A stretch of 64,000 bases of DNA from Mobula hypostoma (lineage: Eukaryota): positions 620,001-684,000 of the forward strand of contig NW_026948140.1 in NCBI RefSeq assembly GCF_963921235.1, written 5' to 3'. The notes below the pieces were generated by a model that was not told the origin of the DNA, did not search any database, and worked only from the letters and a program-made list of their open reading frames with translations. Below are positions 49,801 through 64,000 of this stretch, piece by piece; within the stretch, counting starts at the first letter, position 1; the number at the start of each line of letters is the position of its first letter. Made by a program: the position numbers and the translations under genes.

Positions 49801-52800
49801 TGCCCTGAATCTCCTGCCCTGAAACTTCTGCCCTGAATCTCCTTCCCTGAAACTCATGCCCTGAATCACATGCCCTGAGACCCCTGCCCTGAAACTCCTG
49901 CCCTGAATCTCTTGTGCAGAAACTCCTGCACTGAAACTCCTGCCCTGAATCTCCTGCCCTGAAGCTTCTGCCCTGAATCTCCTGCCCTGAAAGTCATGCC
50001 CTGAGTCTCATGCCCTGAAACTCCTGCACTAAAACTACTGCCCTGAAAGTCATGCCCTGAATCTCATACCCTGAAACTTTTGCCCTGAAATTCCTGCCCT
50101 AAAATTGCTGCCCTGAATCCCAAGCCCTGAAACTACAGCGCTGAATCTCATGCCCTGAAACTAAAGCCCTGAATCTCCCGCCCTGAAACTCATGCCCTGA
50201 ATTACATGCCCTGAAACTCCGGCCCTGAAACTCCTACCCTGAAACTGCTGCCCTGAATCTCAAACCAGGAAACCACAGCCCTGAATCACATGCCCTGAAA
50301 CTCATGCCCTGAATCTCCTGCCCTGAATCTCATGCCCTGAATCTCATGCCCTGAAACTCCTGCCCTGAAACTCCTGCCCTGAAACTCATGCCCTGAATCT
50401 CATGCCCTGAAACTCCTGCCCTGAAACTCCTGCCCTGAAACTCATGCCCTGAATCTCATTCCCTGAAACTCCTGCCCTGAAACACCTGCTCTGAAACTGC
50501 TGCCCTGAAGCTCAAGCCCTGAATCTCATGCCCTGAATCTCATGACTTGAAACTAAAGCCCTGAATATCATGCCCTGAAACACCAGCCCTGAAACTGCTG
50601 CCCTGAATCACATGCCCTGAAAATCCTGCCCTGATTCTCATGCCCTGAAATTCCTGCCCTGAAACTCATGCCCTGAATCACATGCCCTGAAACTCCTGCC
50701 CTGAATCTCCTGCCCTGAAACTCATGCCCTGAATCTCATGCCCTGAAATTCCTGCACTGAAATTCCTGCCCTGAAATTGCTGCCCTGAATCTCAAGCCCT
50801 GATACTACAGCCCTGAATCTAATGCTTGAAACTAAAGCTCTGAATCTCCTGCTCTGAAACTCGTGCCCTGAATCACATGCCCTTAAACTTCTGCCCTGAA
50901 ACTCCTGCCCTGAATCTCCTGCCCTGAAACTCATGCCCTGAATCTCATGCACTGAAACGTCTGCCCTGAAATTCCTGCCCTGAAACTGCTGCCCTGAATC
51001 TCAAGCCCTGAATCTCCTGCACTGAATCTCCTGCCCTGAATCTCAACTGATGCCCTGAACTACTGCCCTGAAACATTTGCACTTACACTCCTGCCCTGAA
51101 TCTCAAGGCCTGAAACTACTGCCCTGAATCTCATGCCCTGAAACTCCTGCCCTGAATCTCCTGCCCTGAAACTCATGCCCTGAATCACATGCCCTGAAAC
51201 TCCTGCCTGAAACTCCTACCCTGAAACTGCTGCCCTGAATCTCAATCCAGGAAACCACAGCCCTGAATCTCATGCCCTGAAACTAAAGCCCTGAATCTCC
51301 TGTCCTGAAACTCATGCCCTGAATCACATGCCCTGAAACTCCTGTCCTGAAACTCCTACCCTGAAACTGCTGCCCTGAATCTCAAACCAGGAAAACACAG
51401 CACTGAATCTCATGCCCTGAAACTTTTGCCCTGAAATTCCTGCCCTGAAATTGCTGCCCTGAATCTCAAGCCCTGAAACTACAGCGCTGAATCTCATGCC
51501 CTGAATCTCATGACCTGAAACTAAATCACTGAATATCATACCCTGAATCTCCTGCCCTGATACTCATGCCCTGAATCTCATGCCCTGAAAGTTCTGCCCT
51601 GAAACTCCTGCCCTGAAACTCATGCCCTGAATCTCAAGCCCTGAAACTACAGCCCTGAATCTAATGCCCTGAAACTACTGCCCTGAATCTCCTGCCCTGA
51701 AACTCATGCCCTGAATCACATGCCCTGAAACTCCTGCCCTGAAACTCCTGCCCTGAATCTCCTGCCCTGATACTCATGCCCTGAATCTCATGCCCTGAAA
51801 GTTCTGCCCTGAAATTCCTGCCCTGAAACTGCTGCCCTGAATCTCAAGCCCTGAAACTAAAGCCCTGAATCTCATGCCCTGAAACTAAAGCCCTGAATCT
51901 CCTGCCCTGAAACTCATGCCCTGAATCTCTTGCCCTGAAACTGATGCCCTGAATCTCATGTCCAGACACTCCTGCCCTGAAACTAAAGCCCTGAATCTCA
52001 AGCCCGGAAACTCCTGCCCTGATTCTTCTGCCCTGAAACTCATGCCCTGAATATCATGCCCTGAAACTCCTGCCCTGAAACTCCTGCCCTGAAACTCCTG
52101 CCCTGAATCTCATGCCCAGAAACTCCTGCCCTGAATCTCCTTCCCTGAAACTCATGCCCTGAATCTCATGCACTGAAACTACAGCCCTGAATCTCATGCC
52201 ATGAAACTCCTGCCCTGAAACTCCTGCCCTAAATCTCATGCCCTGAATCTCATGCCCTGAAACTCCTGCCCTGAAACTCCTGCCCTGAAACTCCTGCCCT
52301 GAATCTCAAGCCCTGAAACTCATGCCCTGAATCTCATGCCCTGAAACTCTGCCCTGAATCTCATGCCCTGAAACTCCTGCCCTGAATCTCATGCCCTGAA
52401 ACTCCTGCCCTGAATCTCCTGCCCTGAAACTCATGCCCTGAATCTCATGCCCTGAAACTCCTGCCCTGAATCTCCTGCCCTGAAAGTCATGCCCTGAATC
52501 TCATGCCCTGAAACTCCTGCCATGAAACTCATGCCCTGAATCTCATGCCCTGAAACTTTTGCCCTGAAATTCCTGCCCTGAAATTGCTGCCCTGAATCTC
52601 AAGCCCTGAAACTACAGCCCTGAATCACATGCCCTGAAACTAAAGCCCTGAATCTCCCGCCCTGAAACTCATGCCCTGAATCACATGCCCTGAAACTCCT
52701 ACCCTGAAACTGCTGCCCTGAATCTCAAACCAGGAAACCACAGCCCTGAATCTCATGCCCTGAAACTCCTGCCCTGAATCTCCTGCCCTGAAACTCATGC

Positions 52801-55800
52801 CCTGAATCTCATGCCCTGAAACTCCTGCTCTGAAACTCCTGCCCTGAAACTCATGCCCTGAATCTCATGCCCTGAAATTCCTGCCCTGAAACTGCTGCCC
52901 TGAATCTCAAGCCCTGAATCTCCTGCCCTGAAACTCATGCTCTGAATCTCTTCGCTGAAACTCATGCCCTGAATCTCATGCCCTGAAACTCCTGCCCTGA
53001 AACTCATGCCCTGAATCTCATGCCCTGAATCTCCTGCCCTGAATCTCCTGCCCTGAAACTCATGCCCTGAATCTCATGCCCTAAAACTCCTGCCCTGAAA
53101 CATTTGCACTTACTCTCTTGCCCTGAATCTCATGCCCTGAAACTCCTGCCCTGAATCTCCTTCCCTGAAACTCATGCCCTGAATCTCATGCACTGAAACT
53201 ACAGCCCTGAATCTCATGCCCTGAAACTCATGCCCTGAAACTCCTGCCCTGAAACTCCTGCCCTGAATCACATGCCCTGAATCACATGCCCTGAAACTCC
53301 GGCCCTGAAACTTCTACCCTGAAACTGCTGCCCTGAATCTCAAACCAGGAAACCACAGCCCTGAAACTAATGCCCTGAAACTCCTGCCCTGAATCTCCTG
53401 CCCTGAAACTCATGCCCTGAATCTCATGCCCTGAAACTCCTGCCCTGAAACTCCTGCCCTGAAACTCATGCCCTGAATCTCATTCCCTGAAACTCCTGCC
53501 CTGAAACACCTGCTCTGAAACTGCTGCCCTGAAGCTCAAGCCCTGAATCTCATGCCCTGAAACTCCTGCCCTGAAACTCATGCCCTGATTCACATGCCCT
53601 GAATCTCCTGCCCTGAATCTCCTGCCCTGAAACTCATGCCCTGAATCTCATGCCCTGAAACTCATGCCCTGAATCTGATGCCCTGAAACTCCTGCCCTGA
53701 AACTGCTGCCCTGAATCTCAAGCCCTGAAACTCATGCCCTGAATCTCATGCCCTGAAACTGCTGCCCTGAATCTCCTGCCCTGAAACTCATGCCCTGAAT
53801 CTCCTTCCCTGAAACTCATGCCCTGAATCTGATGCCCTGAAACTCCTGCCCTGAAACTGCTGCCCTGAATCTCAAGCCCTGAAACTCAAGCCCTGAATCT
53901 CATGCCCTGAAACTGCTGCCCTGAAACACCAGCCCTGAAACTCCTGCCCTAAAACGCCTGCCCTGAATCTCCTGCCCTGAATCTCATGCCCTGAATCTCA
54001 AGCCCTGAAACTACTGCCCTGAATCTCATGCCCTGAAACTCATGCCCTGAATCTCATGCCCTGAAACTCCTGCCCTGAAATCACAGCCCTGAAACTCATG
54101 CCCTGAAACTCAAGCCCTGAATCTCATGCCCTGAAACTCCTGCCCTGAAACTCCTGCCCTGAATCTCCTGCCCTGAAACTTCTGCCCTGAATCTCCTGCC
54201 CTGAAAATCTCATGCCCTGAAACTCCTGCCCTGAAACTGCAGCCCTGAATCTCAAGGCCGGAAACCACGGCCCTGAATCTCATGCCCTGAAACTCATGCC
54301 CTGAAACTGCTGCCCTGAATCTCAAGCCCTGAATTTCATGCCCTGAAACTCCTGCCCTGAATCTCCTGCCCTGAAACTCATGCCCTGAATCACATGCCCT
54401 GAAACTCCTGCCCTGAAACTCCTGCCCTGAATCTCTTGTGCAGAAACTCCTGCACTGAAACTCCTGCCCTGAATCTCCTGCCCTGAAACTCCTGCCCTGA
54501 ATCTCCTGCCCTGAAAGTCATGCCCTGAGTCTCATGCCCTGAAACTCCTGCACTAAAACTCCTGCCCTGAAAGTCATGCCCTGAATCTCATGCCCTGAAA
54601 CTCCTGCCCTGAAATTCCTGCCCTGAAATTGCTGCCCTGAATCTCAAGCCCTGAAACTACAGCGCTGAATCTCATGCCCTGAAACTAAAGCCCTGAATCT
54701 CCCGCCCTGAAACTCATGCCCTGAATTACATGCCCTGAAACTCCGGCCCTGAAACTCCTACCCTGAAACCACAGCCCTGAATCTCATGCCCTGAAACTCC
54801 TGCCCTGAATCTCCTGCCCTGAAACTCATGCCCTGAATCTCATGCCCTGAAACTCCTGCCCTGAAACTCCTGCCCTGAAACTCATGCCCTGAATCTCATG
54901 CCCTGAAACTCCTGCCCTGAAACTCCTGCCCTGAAACTCATGCCCTGAATCTCATGCTCTGAAACTCCTGCCCTGAAACTCCTGCTCTGAAACTGCTGCC
55001 CTGAAGCTCAAGCCCTGAATCTCATGCCCTGAATCTCATGACTTGAAACTAAAGCCCTGAATATCATGCCCTGAAACACCAGCCCTGAAACTGCTGCCCT
55101 GAATCACATGCCCTGAAAATCCTGCCCTGATTCTCATGCCCTGAAATTCCTGCCCTGAAACTCATGCCCTGAATCACATGCCCTGAAACTCCTGCCCTGA
55201 AACTCCTGCCCTGAAACTCATGCCCTGAATCTCATGCCCTGAAACACCAGCCCTGAAATTCCTGCCCTGAAATTGCTGCCCTGAATCCCAAGCCCTGAAA
55301 CTACAGCGCTGAATCTCATGCTTGAAACTAAAGCTCTGAATCTCCTGCTCTGAAACTCGTGCCCTGAATCACATGCCCTTAAACTTCTGCCCTGAAACTC
55401 CTGCCCTGAACCTCCTGCCCTGAAACTCATGCCCTGAATCTCATGCCCTGAAACTCCTGCCCTGAAACTCCTGCCCTGAAACTGCTGCCCTGAATCTCAA
55501 GCCCTGAATCTCCTGCACTGAATCTCCTGCCCTGAATCTCATTCTCTGTATCTGATGCCCTAAAACTCCTGCCCTGAAACATTTGCACTTACACTCCTGC
55601 CCTGAATCTCAAGGCCTGAAACTACTGCCCTGAATCTCATGCCCTGAAACTCCTGCCCTGAATCTCCTGCCCTGAAACTCATGCCCTGAATCTCATGCCC
55701 TGAAACTCCTGCCTGAAACTCCTACCCTGAAACTGCTGCCCTGAATCTCAATCCAGGAAACCACAGCCCTGAATCTCATGCCCTGAAACTAAAGCCCTGA

Positions 55801-58800
55801 ATCTCCCGTCCTGAAACTCATGCCCTGAATCACATGCCCTGGAACTCCTGTCCTGAAACTCCTACCCTGAAACTGCTGCCCTGAATCTCAAACCAGGAAA
55901 ACACAGCCCTGAATCTCATGCCCTGAAACTAAAGCCCTGAATCTCCTTCCCTGAAACCACAGCCCTGAATCTCATGCCCTGAAACTCCAGCCCTGAATCT
56001 CATGCCCTGAATCTCATGCCCTGAAACTCATGCCCTGAATCTCATGCCCTGAATCTCCTGCCCTGAATCTCATGCCCTGAATCTCATGCCCTGAAACTCC
56101 TGCCCTGAATCTCATGCCCTGAAACTCATGCCCTGAATCTCATGCCCTGAAACTAATGCCCTGAATCTCCTGCCCTGAAACTCATGCCCTGAATCACATG
56201 CCCTGAAACTCCTGCCCTGAAACTCCTGCCCTGAATCTCCTGCCCTGAAACTCATGCCCTGAATCTCATGCCCTGAAACTCCTGCCCTGAAACTCCTGCC
56301 CTGAAACTGCTGCCCTGAATCTCCTGCCCTGAAACTCATGCCCTGAATCTCATGCCCTGAAACTCCTGCCCTGAAACACTTGCCCTGAAACTCATGCCCT
56401 GAATCTCATGCCCTGAAACTCCTGCCCTGAATCTCCTGCCCTGAAACTCATGCCCTGAATCTCATGCCCTGAAACTCCTGCCCTGAATCTCATGCCCTGA
56501 AACTCCTGCCCTGAATCTCATGCCCTGAAACTCCTGCCCTGAATCTCATGCCCTGAATCTCATGCCCTGAAACTCCTGCCCTGAAACTCCTGTCCTGAAT
56601 CTCCAGCCCTGAATCTCATGCCCTGAAACTCATGCCCTGAATCTCATGCCCTGAAACTCATGCCCTGAATCTCATGCCCTGAAACTCATGCCCTGAATCT
56701 CCTGCCCTGAAACTCCTGCCCTGAATCTCCTGCCCTGAAACTCATGCCCTGAATCTCATGCCCTGAAACTCCTGCCCTGAAACTCATGCCCTGAATCTCA
56801 TGCCCTGAAACTTTTGCCCTGAAATTCCTGCCCTGAAACTGCTGCCCTGAATCTCAAGCCCTGAAACTACAGCCCTGAATCTCATGCCCTGAAACTAAAG
56901 CCCTGAATCTCCTGCCCTGAAACTCATGCCCTGAATCACATGCCCTGAAACTCCTGCCCTGAAACTGCTGCCCTGAATCTCAAACCAGGAAACCACAGCC
57001 CTGAATCTCATGCCCTGAAACTCCAGCCCTGAATCTCCTGCCCTGAAACTCATGCCCTGAATCTCATGCCCTGAAACTCCTGCCCTGAAACTCCTGCCCT
57101 GAAACTCATGCCCTGAATCTCATGCCCTGAAACTCCTGCCCTGAAACTCATGCCCTGAATCTCATGCCCTGAATCTCCTGCCCTGAAACTCATGCCCTGA
57201 ATCTCATTCCCTGAAACTCATGCCCTGAATCTCATGCCCTGAAACTCCTGCCCTGAATCTCCTGCCCTGAAACTCATGCCCTGAATCTCATGCCCTAAAA
57301 CTCCTGCCCTGAAACATTTGCACTTACTCTCTTGCCCTGAATCTCATGCCCTGAAACTCCTGCCCTGAATCTCCTTCCCTGAAACTCATGCCCTGAATCT
57401 CATGCACTGAAACTACAGCCCTGAATCTCATGCCCCGAAACTCCTGCCCCGAAACTCCTGCCCTGAAACTCCTGCCCTGAATCACATGCCCTGAATCACA
57501 TGCCCTGAAACTCCGGCCCTGAAACTTCTACCCTGAAACTGCTGCCCTGAATCTCAAACCAGGAAACCACAGCCCTGAATCTCATGCCCTGAAACTCATG
57601 CCCTGAATCTCCTGCCCTGAAACTCATTCCCTGAATCTCATGCCCTGAAACTCCTGCCCTGAAACTCCTGCCCTGAAACTCATGCCCTGAATCTCATGCC
57701 CTGAAACTCCTGCCCTGAAACACCTGCTCTGAAACTGCTGCCCTGAAGCTCAAGCCCTGAATCTCATGCCCTGAAACTCCTGCCCTGAAACTCATGCCCT
57801 GAATCTCATGCCCTGAAACTCCTGCCCTGAATCTCCTGCCCTGAAACTCATGCCCTGAATCTCATGCCCTGAAACTCATGCCCTGAATCTCATGCCCTGA
57901 AACTCCTGCCCTGAAACTCATGCCCTGAATCTCAAGCCCTGAAACTCCTGCCCTGAATCTCATGCCCTGAAACTCCTGCCCTGAATCTCCTGCCCTGAAA
58001 CTCATGCCCTGAATCTCCTTCCCTGAAACTCATGCCCTGAATCTCATGCCCTGAAACTCCTGCCCTGAAACTGCTGCTCTGAATCTCCAGCCCTGAAACT
58101 CATGCCCTGAATCTCCTGCCCTGAAACTCCTGCCCTGAAACACATGCCCTGAAACTCCTGCCCTGAAACTCCTGCCCTGAATCTCCTGCCCTGAATCTCA
58201 TGCCCTGAATCTCAAGCCCTGAAACTCCTGCCCTGAATCTCATGCCCTGAAACTACTGCCCTGAATCTCAAGCCCTGAAATTCCAGCCCTGAAACTCATT
58301 CCCTGAAACTAAAGCCCTGAATCTCTTGTGCAGAAACTCCTGCACTGAAACTCCTGCCCTGAATCTCCTGCCCTGAAACTTCTGCCCTGAATCTCCTGCC
58401 CTGAAACTCATGCCCTGAATCTCATGCCCTGAAACTCCTGCCCTGAAACTCAGCCCTGAATCTCAGGCCCTGAAACTCCTGCCCTGAATCTCATGCCCTG
58501 AAACTCCTGTCCTGAAACTGCTGCCCTGAATCTCAAGCCCTGAATCTCATGCCCTGAATCTCATGCCCTGAAACTCCTGCCCTGAATCTCCTTCCCTGAA
58601 ACTCATGCCCTGAATCTCATGCCCTGAAACTCCTGCCCTGAAACTCCTGCCCTGAATCTCATGCCCTGAAACTCCTGCACTGAAACTCCTGCCCTGAATC
58701 TCCTGCCCTGAAACTCCTGCCCTGAATCTCATGCCCTGAAACTCCTGCACTGAAACTCCTGCCCTGAATCTCCTGCCCTGAAACTCATGCCCTGAATCTC

Positions 58801-61800
58801 CTGCCCTGAAACTCATGCCCTGAATCTCATGCCCTGAAACTCCTGCACTGAAACTCCTGCCCTGAAGCTCATGCCCTGAATCTCATGCCCTGAAACACCA
58901 GCCCTGAAATTCCTGCCCTGAAACTGCTGCCCTGAATCTCAAGGCCTGAAACCACGGCCCTGAATCTCATGCCCTGAAACTAAAGCCCTGAATCTCCCGC
59001 CCTGAAACTCATGCCCTGAATCTCATGCCCTGAAACTCCTGCCCTGAAACTCCTGCCCTGAAACTCATGCCCTGAATCTCATGCCCTGAAACTCCTGCCC
59101 TGAAACTCATGCCCTGAATCTCATGCCCTGAAACTCATGCCCTGAATCTCATGCCCTGAAACTCCTGCCCTGAATCTCCTGCCCTGAAACTCATGCCCTG
59201 AATCTCCTGCCCTGAAACTCATGCCCTGAATCTCATGCCCTGAAACTCCTGCCCTGAAACTGCTGCTCTGAATTTCCAGCCCTGAAACTCATGCCCTGAA
59301 TCTCCTGCCCTGAAACTCCTGCCCTGAAACACCAGCCCTGAAACTCCTGCCCTGAAACTCCTGCCCTGAATCTCCTGCCCTGAAACTCATGCCCTGAATC
59401 TCATGCCCTGAAACTCCTGCCCTGAATCTCATGCCCTGAAACTAATGCCCTGAATCTCATGCCCTGAATCTCAAGCCCTGAAAATGCAGCCTGAAACTCA
59501 TGCCCTGAAACTAAAGCCCTGAATCTCTTGCCCTGAAACTCCTGCCCTGAAACTCCTGCCCTGAATCTCCTGCCCTGAAACTCCTGCCCTGAATCTCCTG
59601 CCCTGAAACTCATGCCCTGAATCTCATGCCCTGAAACTCCTGCCCTGAAACTCCTGCCCTGAATCTCAAGGCCTGAAACCACGGCCCTGAATCTCATGCC
59701 CTGAAACTCCTGTCCTGAAACTGCTGCCCTGAATCTCAAGCCCTGAATCTCAAGCCCTGAATCTCATGCCCTGAATCTCATGCCCTGAAACTCCTGCCCT
59801 GAAACTCAAGCCCTGAATCTCCTTCCATGAAACTCCTGCCCTGAAACTCCTTTCCTGAATCTCAGGGCCTGATACACCTGCACTGAAACTCCTGCCCTGA
59901 ATCTCCTGCCCTGAAACTCCTGCCCTGAATCTCATGCCCTGAAACTCCTGCCCTGAAACTCCTGCCCTGAATCTCCTGCCCTGAAACTCCTGCCCTGAAT
60001 CTCCTGCCCTGAAACTCATGCCCTGAATCTCATGCCCTGAAACTCCTGCCCTGAAACTCCTGCCCTGAAACTCATGCCCTGAATCTCATGCCCTGAAACT
60101 CCTTCCCTGAAACTCCTGCCCTGAAACTGCTGCCCTGAATCACAAGCCCTGAAACTCCAGCCCTGAATCTCATGCCCTGAAACTCATGCCCTGAATCTCC
60201 TGCCCTGAAACTCATGCCCTGAATCTCATGCCCTGAAACGCCAGCGCTGAAACTCCTGCCCTGAAACTCATGCCCTGAATCTCATGCTCTGAACCTCGTA
60301 CCCTGAAACTCCTGCCCTGAATCTCAAGCCCTGAAACTCATGCCCTGAATCTCATGCCCTGAAACTCCTGCCCTGAATCTCCTGCCCTGAAACTCATGCC
60401 CTGAATCTCATGCCCTGAAACTCCTGCCCTGAAACTCCTGCCCTGAATCTCATGCCCTGAAACTCCTGCCCTGAAACTCCTGCCCTGAATCTCCTGCCCT
60501 GAAACTCATGCCCTGAATCTCATGCCCTGAAACTCCTGCCCTGAAACTCCTGCCCTGAATCTCATGCCCTGAAACTCCTGCCCTGAATCTCCTGCCCTGA
60601 AACTCATGCCCTGAATCTCATGCCCTGAAACTCCTGCACTGAAACTCCTGCCCTGAAACTCATGCCCTGAATCTCATGCCCTGAAACACCAGCCCTGAAA
60701 TTCCTGCCCTGAAACTGCTGCCCTGAATCTCAAGCCCTGAAACTACAGCCCTGAATCTAATGCTCTGAAACTACAGCCCTGAATCTCCTGCCCTGAAACT
60801 CATGCCCTGAATCTCATGCCCTGAAACTCCTGCCCTGAAACTCCTGCCCTGAAACTCATGCCCTGAATCTCATGCCCTGAAACTCCTGCCCTGAATCTCA
60901 TGCCCTGAAACTCCTGCCCTGAATCTCCTGCCCTGAAACTCATGCCCTGAATCTCATGCCCTGAAACTCCTGCCCTGAAACTCCTGCCCTGAAACTCATG
61001 CCCTGAATCTCATGCCCTGAAACTCCTGCCCTGAAACTCCTGCCCTGAAACTGCTGCCCTGAATCTCCAAGCCCTGAATCTCATGCCCTGAATCTCATGC
61101 CCTGAAACTCATGCCCTGAATCTCATGCCCTGAAACTCCTGCCCTGAAACTGCTGCCCTGAATCTCAAGCCCTGAAACCACAGCCCTGAATCTCATGCCC
61201 TGAAACTCCTGCCCTGAAACACCTGCCCTGAAACTCCTGCCCTGAAACTCCTGCCCTGAATCTCCTGCCCTGAAACTCATGCCCTGAATCTCATGCCCTG
61301 AAACTCCTGCCCTGAATCTCATGCCCTGAAACTAATGCCCTGAATCTCATGCCCTGAATCTCCTGCCCTGAAACTCCTGCCCTGAAACTCATGCCCTGAA
61401 ACTCAAGCCCTGAATCTCCTGCCCTGAAACTCCTGCCCTGAAACTCCTGCCCTGAATCTCCTGCCCTGAAACTCCTGCCCTGAATCTCCTGCCCTGAAAC
61501 TCATGCCCTGAATCTCATGCCCTGAAACTCCTGCCCTGAAACTGCTGCCCTGAATCTCAAGGCCGGAAACCACGGCCCTGAATCTCATGCCCTGAAACTC
61601 ATGCCCTGAAACTCCTGCCCTGAAACTGCTGCCCTGAATCTCAAGCCCTGAATCTCATGCCCTGAAACTCCTGCCCTGAAACTCCTGCCCTGAATCTCCT
61701 GCCCTGAAACTCATGCCCTGAATCTCATGCCCTGAAACTCCTGCCCTGAAACTCCTGCCCTGAATCTCATGCCCTGAAACTCCTGCCCTGAATCTCCTGC

Positions 61801-64000
61801 CCTGAAACTCATGCCCTGAATCTCATGCCCTGAAACTCCTGCCCTGAAACTCCTGCCCTGAAACTACTGCCCTGAATCTCATGCCCTGAAACTCATGCCC
61901 TGAATCTCCTGCCCTGAAACTCCTGCCCTGAATCTCAAGCCCTGAAACTCCTGCCCTGAATCTCATGCCCTGAAACTAATGCCCTGAATCTCCTGCCCTG
62001 AAAGTCATGCTCTGAATCTCATGCCCTGAAACTCCTGCCCTGAAACGCCTGCCCTGAAACTGCTGCCCTGAATCTCATGCCCTGAAACTCCTGCCCTGAA
62101 ACTCCTGCCCTGAAACTCATGCCCTGAATCTCCTGCCCTGAATCTCATGCCCTGAAACTCCTGCCCTGAATCTCATGCCCTGAAACTCATGCCCTGAATC
62201 TCCTGCCCTGAAACTCATGCCCTGAATCTCATGCCCTGAAACTCCTGCCCTGAAACTGCTGCCCTGAATCTCATGCCCTGAAACCACAGCCCTGAATCTC
62301 ATGCCCTGAATCTCCTGCCCTGAAACTCATGCCCTGAATCTCATGCCCTGAAACTCCTGCCCTGAATCTCCTGCCCTGAAACTCATGCCCTGAATCTCAT
62401 GCCCTGAAACTCCTGCACTGAATCTCATGCCCTGAAACTAATGCCCTGAATCTCCTGCCCTGAATCTCAAGCCCTGAATCTCATGCCCTGAAACTCATGC
62501 CCTGAAACTAAAGCCCTGAATCTCTTGCCCTGAAACTCCTGCCCTGAAACTCCTGCCCTGAATCTCCTGCCCTGAAACTCCTGCCCTGAATCTCCTGCCC
62601 TGAAACTCATGCCCTGAATCTCATGCCCTGAAACTCCTGCCCTGAAACTCATGCCCTGAATCTCATGCCCTGAAACTCATGCCCTGAATCTCATGCCCTG
62701 AAACTCATGCCCTGAAACTCCTGCCCTGAAACTGCTGCCCTGAATCTCAAGCCCTGAATCTAATGCTTGAAACTACTGCCCTGAATCTCCTGCTCTGAAA
62801 CTCATGCCCTGAATCACATGCCCTGAAACTCCTGCCCTGAAACTCCTGCCCTGAATCTCATGCCTGAAACTCATGCCCTGAATCTCCTGCCCTGAATCTC
62901 CTGCCCTGAAACTCCTGCCCTGAAACTCATGCTGAAACTCCTGCCCTGAAACTCCTGCCCTGAATCTCCTGCCCTGAAACTCCTGCCCTGAATCTCCTGC
63001 CCTGAAACTCATGCCCTGAATCTCATGCCCTGAAACTCCTGCCCTGAAACTCCTGCCCTGAAACTCATGCCCTGAATCTCATGCCCTGAAACTCCTGCCC
63101 TGAATCTCCTGCCCTGAAACTCATGCCCTGAATCTCATGCCCTGAAACTCATGCCCTGAATCTCATGCCCTGAAACTCCTGCCCTGAATCTCCTGCCCTG
63201 AAACTCATGCCCTGAATCTCATGCCCTGAAACTCCTGCCCTGAAACTCCTGCCCTGAAACTCATGCCCTGAATCTCATGCCCTGAAACTCCTGCCCTGAA
63301 ACTCCTGCCCTGAATCTCAAGCCCTGAAACTCATGCCCTGAATCTCATGCCCTGAAACTCCTGCCCTGAATCTCCTGCCCTGAAACTCATGCCCTGAATC
63401 TCATGCCCTGAAACTCCTGCCCTGAAACTCCTGCCCTGAATCTCATGCCCTGAAACTCCTGCCCTGAATCTCCTGCCCTGAATCTCCTGCCCTGAAACTC
63501 ATGCCCTGAATCTCTGCCCTGAAACTCCTGCCCTGAAACTCCTGCCCTGAATCTCATGCCCTGAAACTCCTGCCCTGAATCTCCTGCCCTGAAACTCATG
63601 CCCTGAATCTCATGCCCTGAAACTCCTGCCCTGAAACTCCTGCCCTGAAACTCATGCCCTGAATCTCATGCCCTGAAACTCATGCCCTGAAACTCCTGCC
63701 CTGAAACTCCTGCCCTGAATCTCAAGCCCTGAAACTCATGCCCTGAATCTCATGCCCTGAAACTAAAGCCCTGAATCTCCTGCCCTGAAACTCATGCCCT
63801 GAATCTCATGCCCTGAAACTCCTGCCCTGAAACTCCTGCCCTGAAACTCATGCCCTGAATCTCATGCCCTGAAACTCCTGCCCTGAATCTCATGCCCTGA
63901 AACTCCTGCCCTGAATCTCCTGCCCTGAAACTCATGCCCTGAATCTCATGCCCTGAAACTCCTGCCCTGAAACTCCTGCCCTGAAACTCATGCCCTGAAT
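19876..64000. repeat. 14-bp tandem satellite, >44 kb, running off the window
   Basis: Monomer CCCTGAA(A/T)CTC(C/A)TG with recurrent variants (ACTGCTG, TCTCAAG, ACTAAAG, ACTACAG, TCACATG); uniform orientation. Confidence 0.98.

Noticed and set aside
19846..63599. Many minus-strand ORFs of type FRAGVSGHEIQGMS
   Set aside because: Translation artefacts of a 14-bp repeat (42-bp, 14-aa period); no coding evidence.
19876..64000. CRISPR-like constant/variable alternation (CCCTGAA + variable 7-mer)
   Set aside because: The variable parts are point variants of one 7-mer, not unique spacers; there are no cas genes and the context is eukaryotic.

Overview
Eukaryotic repeat-only window; vertebrate-like, inferred from TTAGGG motifs and an L1-type LINE. 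No host gene is visible. Bases 1-19875 are a head-to-tail array of Penelope-like retroelements (PLEs), all coding on the minus strand. The array holds two near-complete decayed copies, two copies sharing one internal deletion (one carrying a 5'-truncated L1 with an 18-bp TSD), short 3'-terminal fragments, and two fragments of a second subfamily. Three properties of the PLE stand out. (i) It has an upstream ORF1 ending in an SGNH/GDSL esterase-like domain. (ii) ORF1 meets the RT + GIY-YIG ORF2 at a correctly phased U_UUA_AAC -1 frameshift heptamer followed by a predicted stem-loop/pseudoknot. (iii) Every unit starts on the + strand with 2-4 TTAGGG-like repeats, so the element RNA would end in (CCCUAA)n, suggesting telomere-primed or TTAGGG-targeted integration. 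Bases 19876-64000 are a 14-bp satellite (CCCTGAA-ACTCCTG / CCCTGAA-TCTCATG) with irregular multi-kb higher-order structure. All alignments and structures were read by eye, and novelty was not checked against any database.
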